Shown in pieces: positions 63,938 through 64,000 of a DNA stretch of 64,000 nucleotides (positions are counted from its first letter, which is position 1; each line of letters starts with the position of its first letter). The position numbers were made by a program, and so were the translations under genes. The stretch is from Octopus vulgaris (taxonomy: Eukaryota): assembly GCA_951406725.2 (NCBI GenBank), contig OX597823.1:39742001-39806000 (forward strand). Direction: 5' to 3'. The notes beneath the pieces were generated by a model. That model did not search any database and had not been told where the DNA came from. It saw only the letters and a program-made list of their open reading frames with translations.

Positions 63938-64000
63938 TTATACGTTACATACACACTCATATACATACATATATATATATATATAGTTGAAATTTACAGA

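Overview
AT-rich, microsatellite-saturated eukaryotic genomic DNA. The SINE repertoire (tRNA-headed SINEs with CORE-like and Meta-like domains), the (TACA)n/(TA)n/(CA)n load and the transposon mix suggest an octopus/cephalopod intron or intergenic region; that is inference and no database was searched. No host protein-coding gene can be supported: almost all ORF-track entries are translated microsatellites, and every recognisable protein is transposon-derived. The mobile elements seen are a near-intact CR1-clade LINE RT, L1/Tx1-like, RTE and R4/Dong-like LINE remnants, Penelope-like (RT + GIY-YIG) remnants, a Gypsy remnant with one LTR, a full-length decayed hAT with TIR and 8-bp TSD, DD37D maT, mariner and Tc1 remnants, Helitrons and a Merlin-like MITE. 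The most notable signals are: (1) a set of minimal type I hammerhead-ribozyme motifs in Penelope-type termini, several with a compensatory U3-A8 core (UUGAAAA) and some arranged as head-to-head inverted pairs; (2) a SINE whose insertion sites end in TACC/TGCC (GGTA/GGCA in SINE sense), which forms dimers at its own internal GGTA site and shares its tail with a Tx1-like LINE; (3) several long near-perfect hairpins. Repeat coordinates without stated TSDs are approximate.
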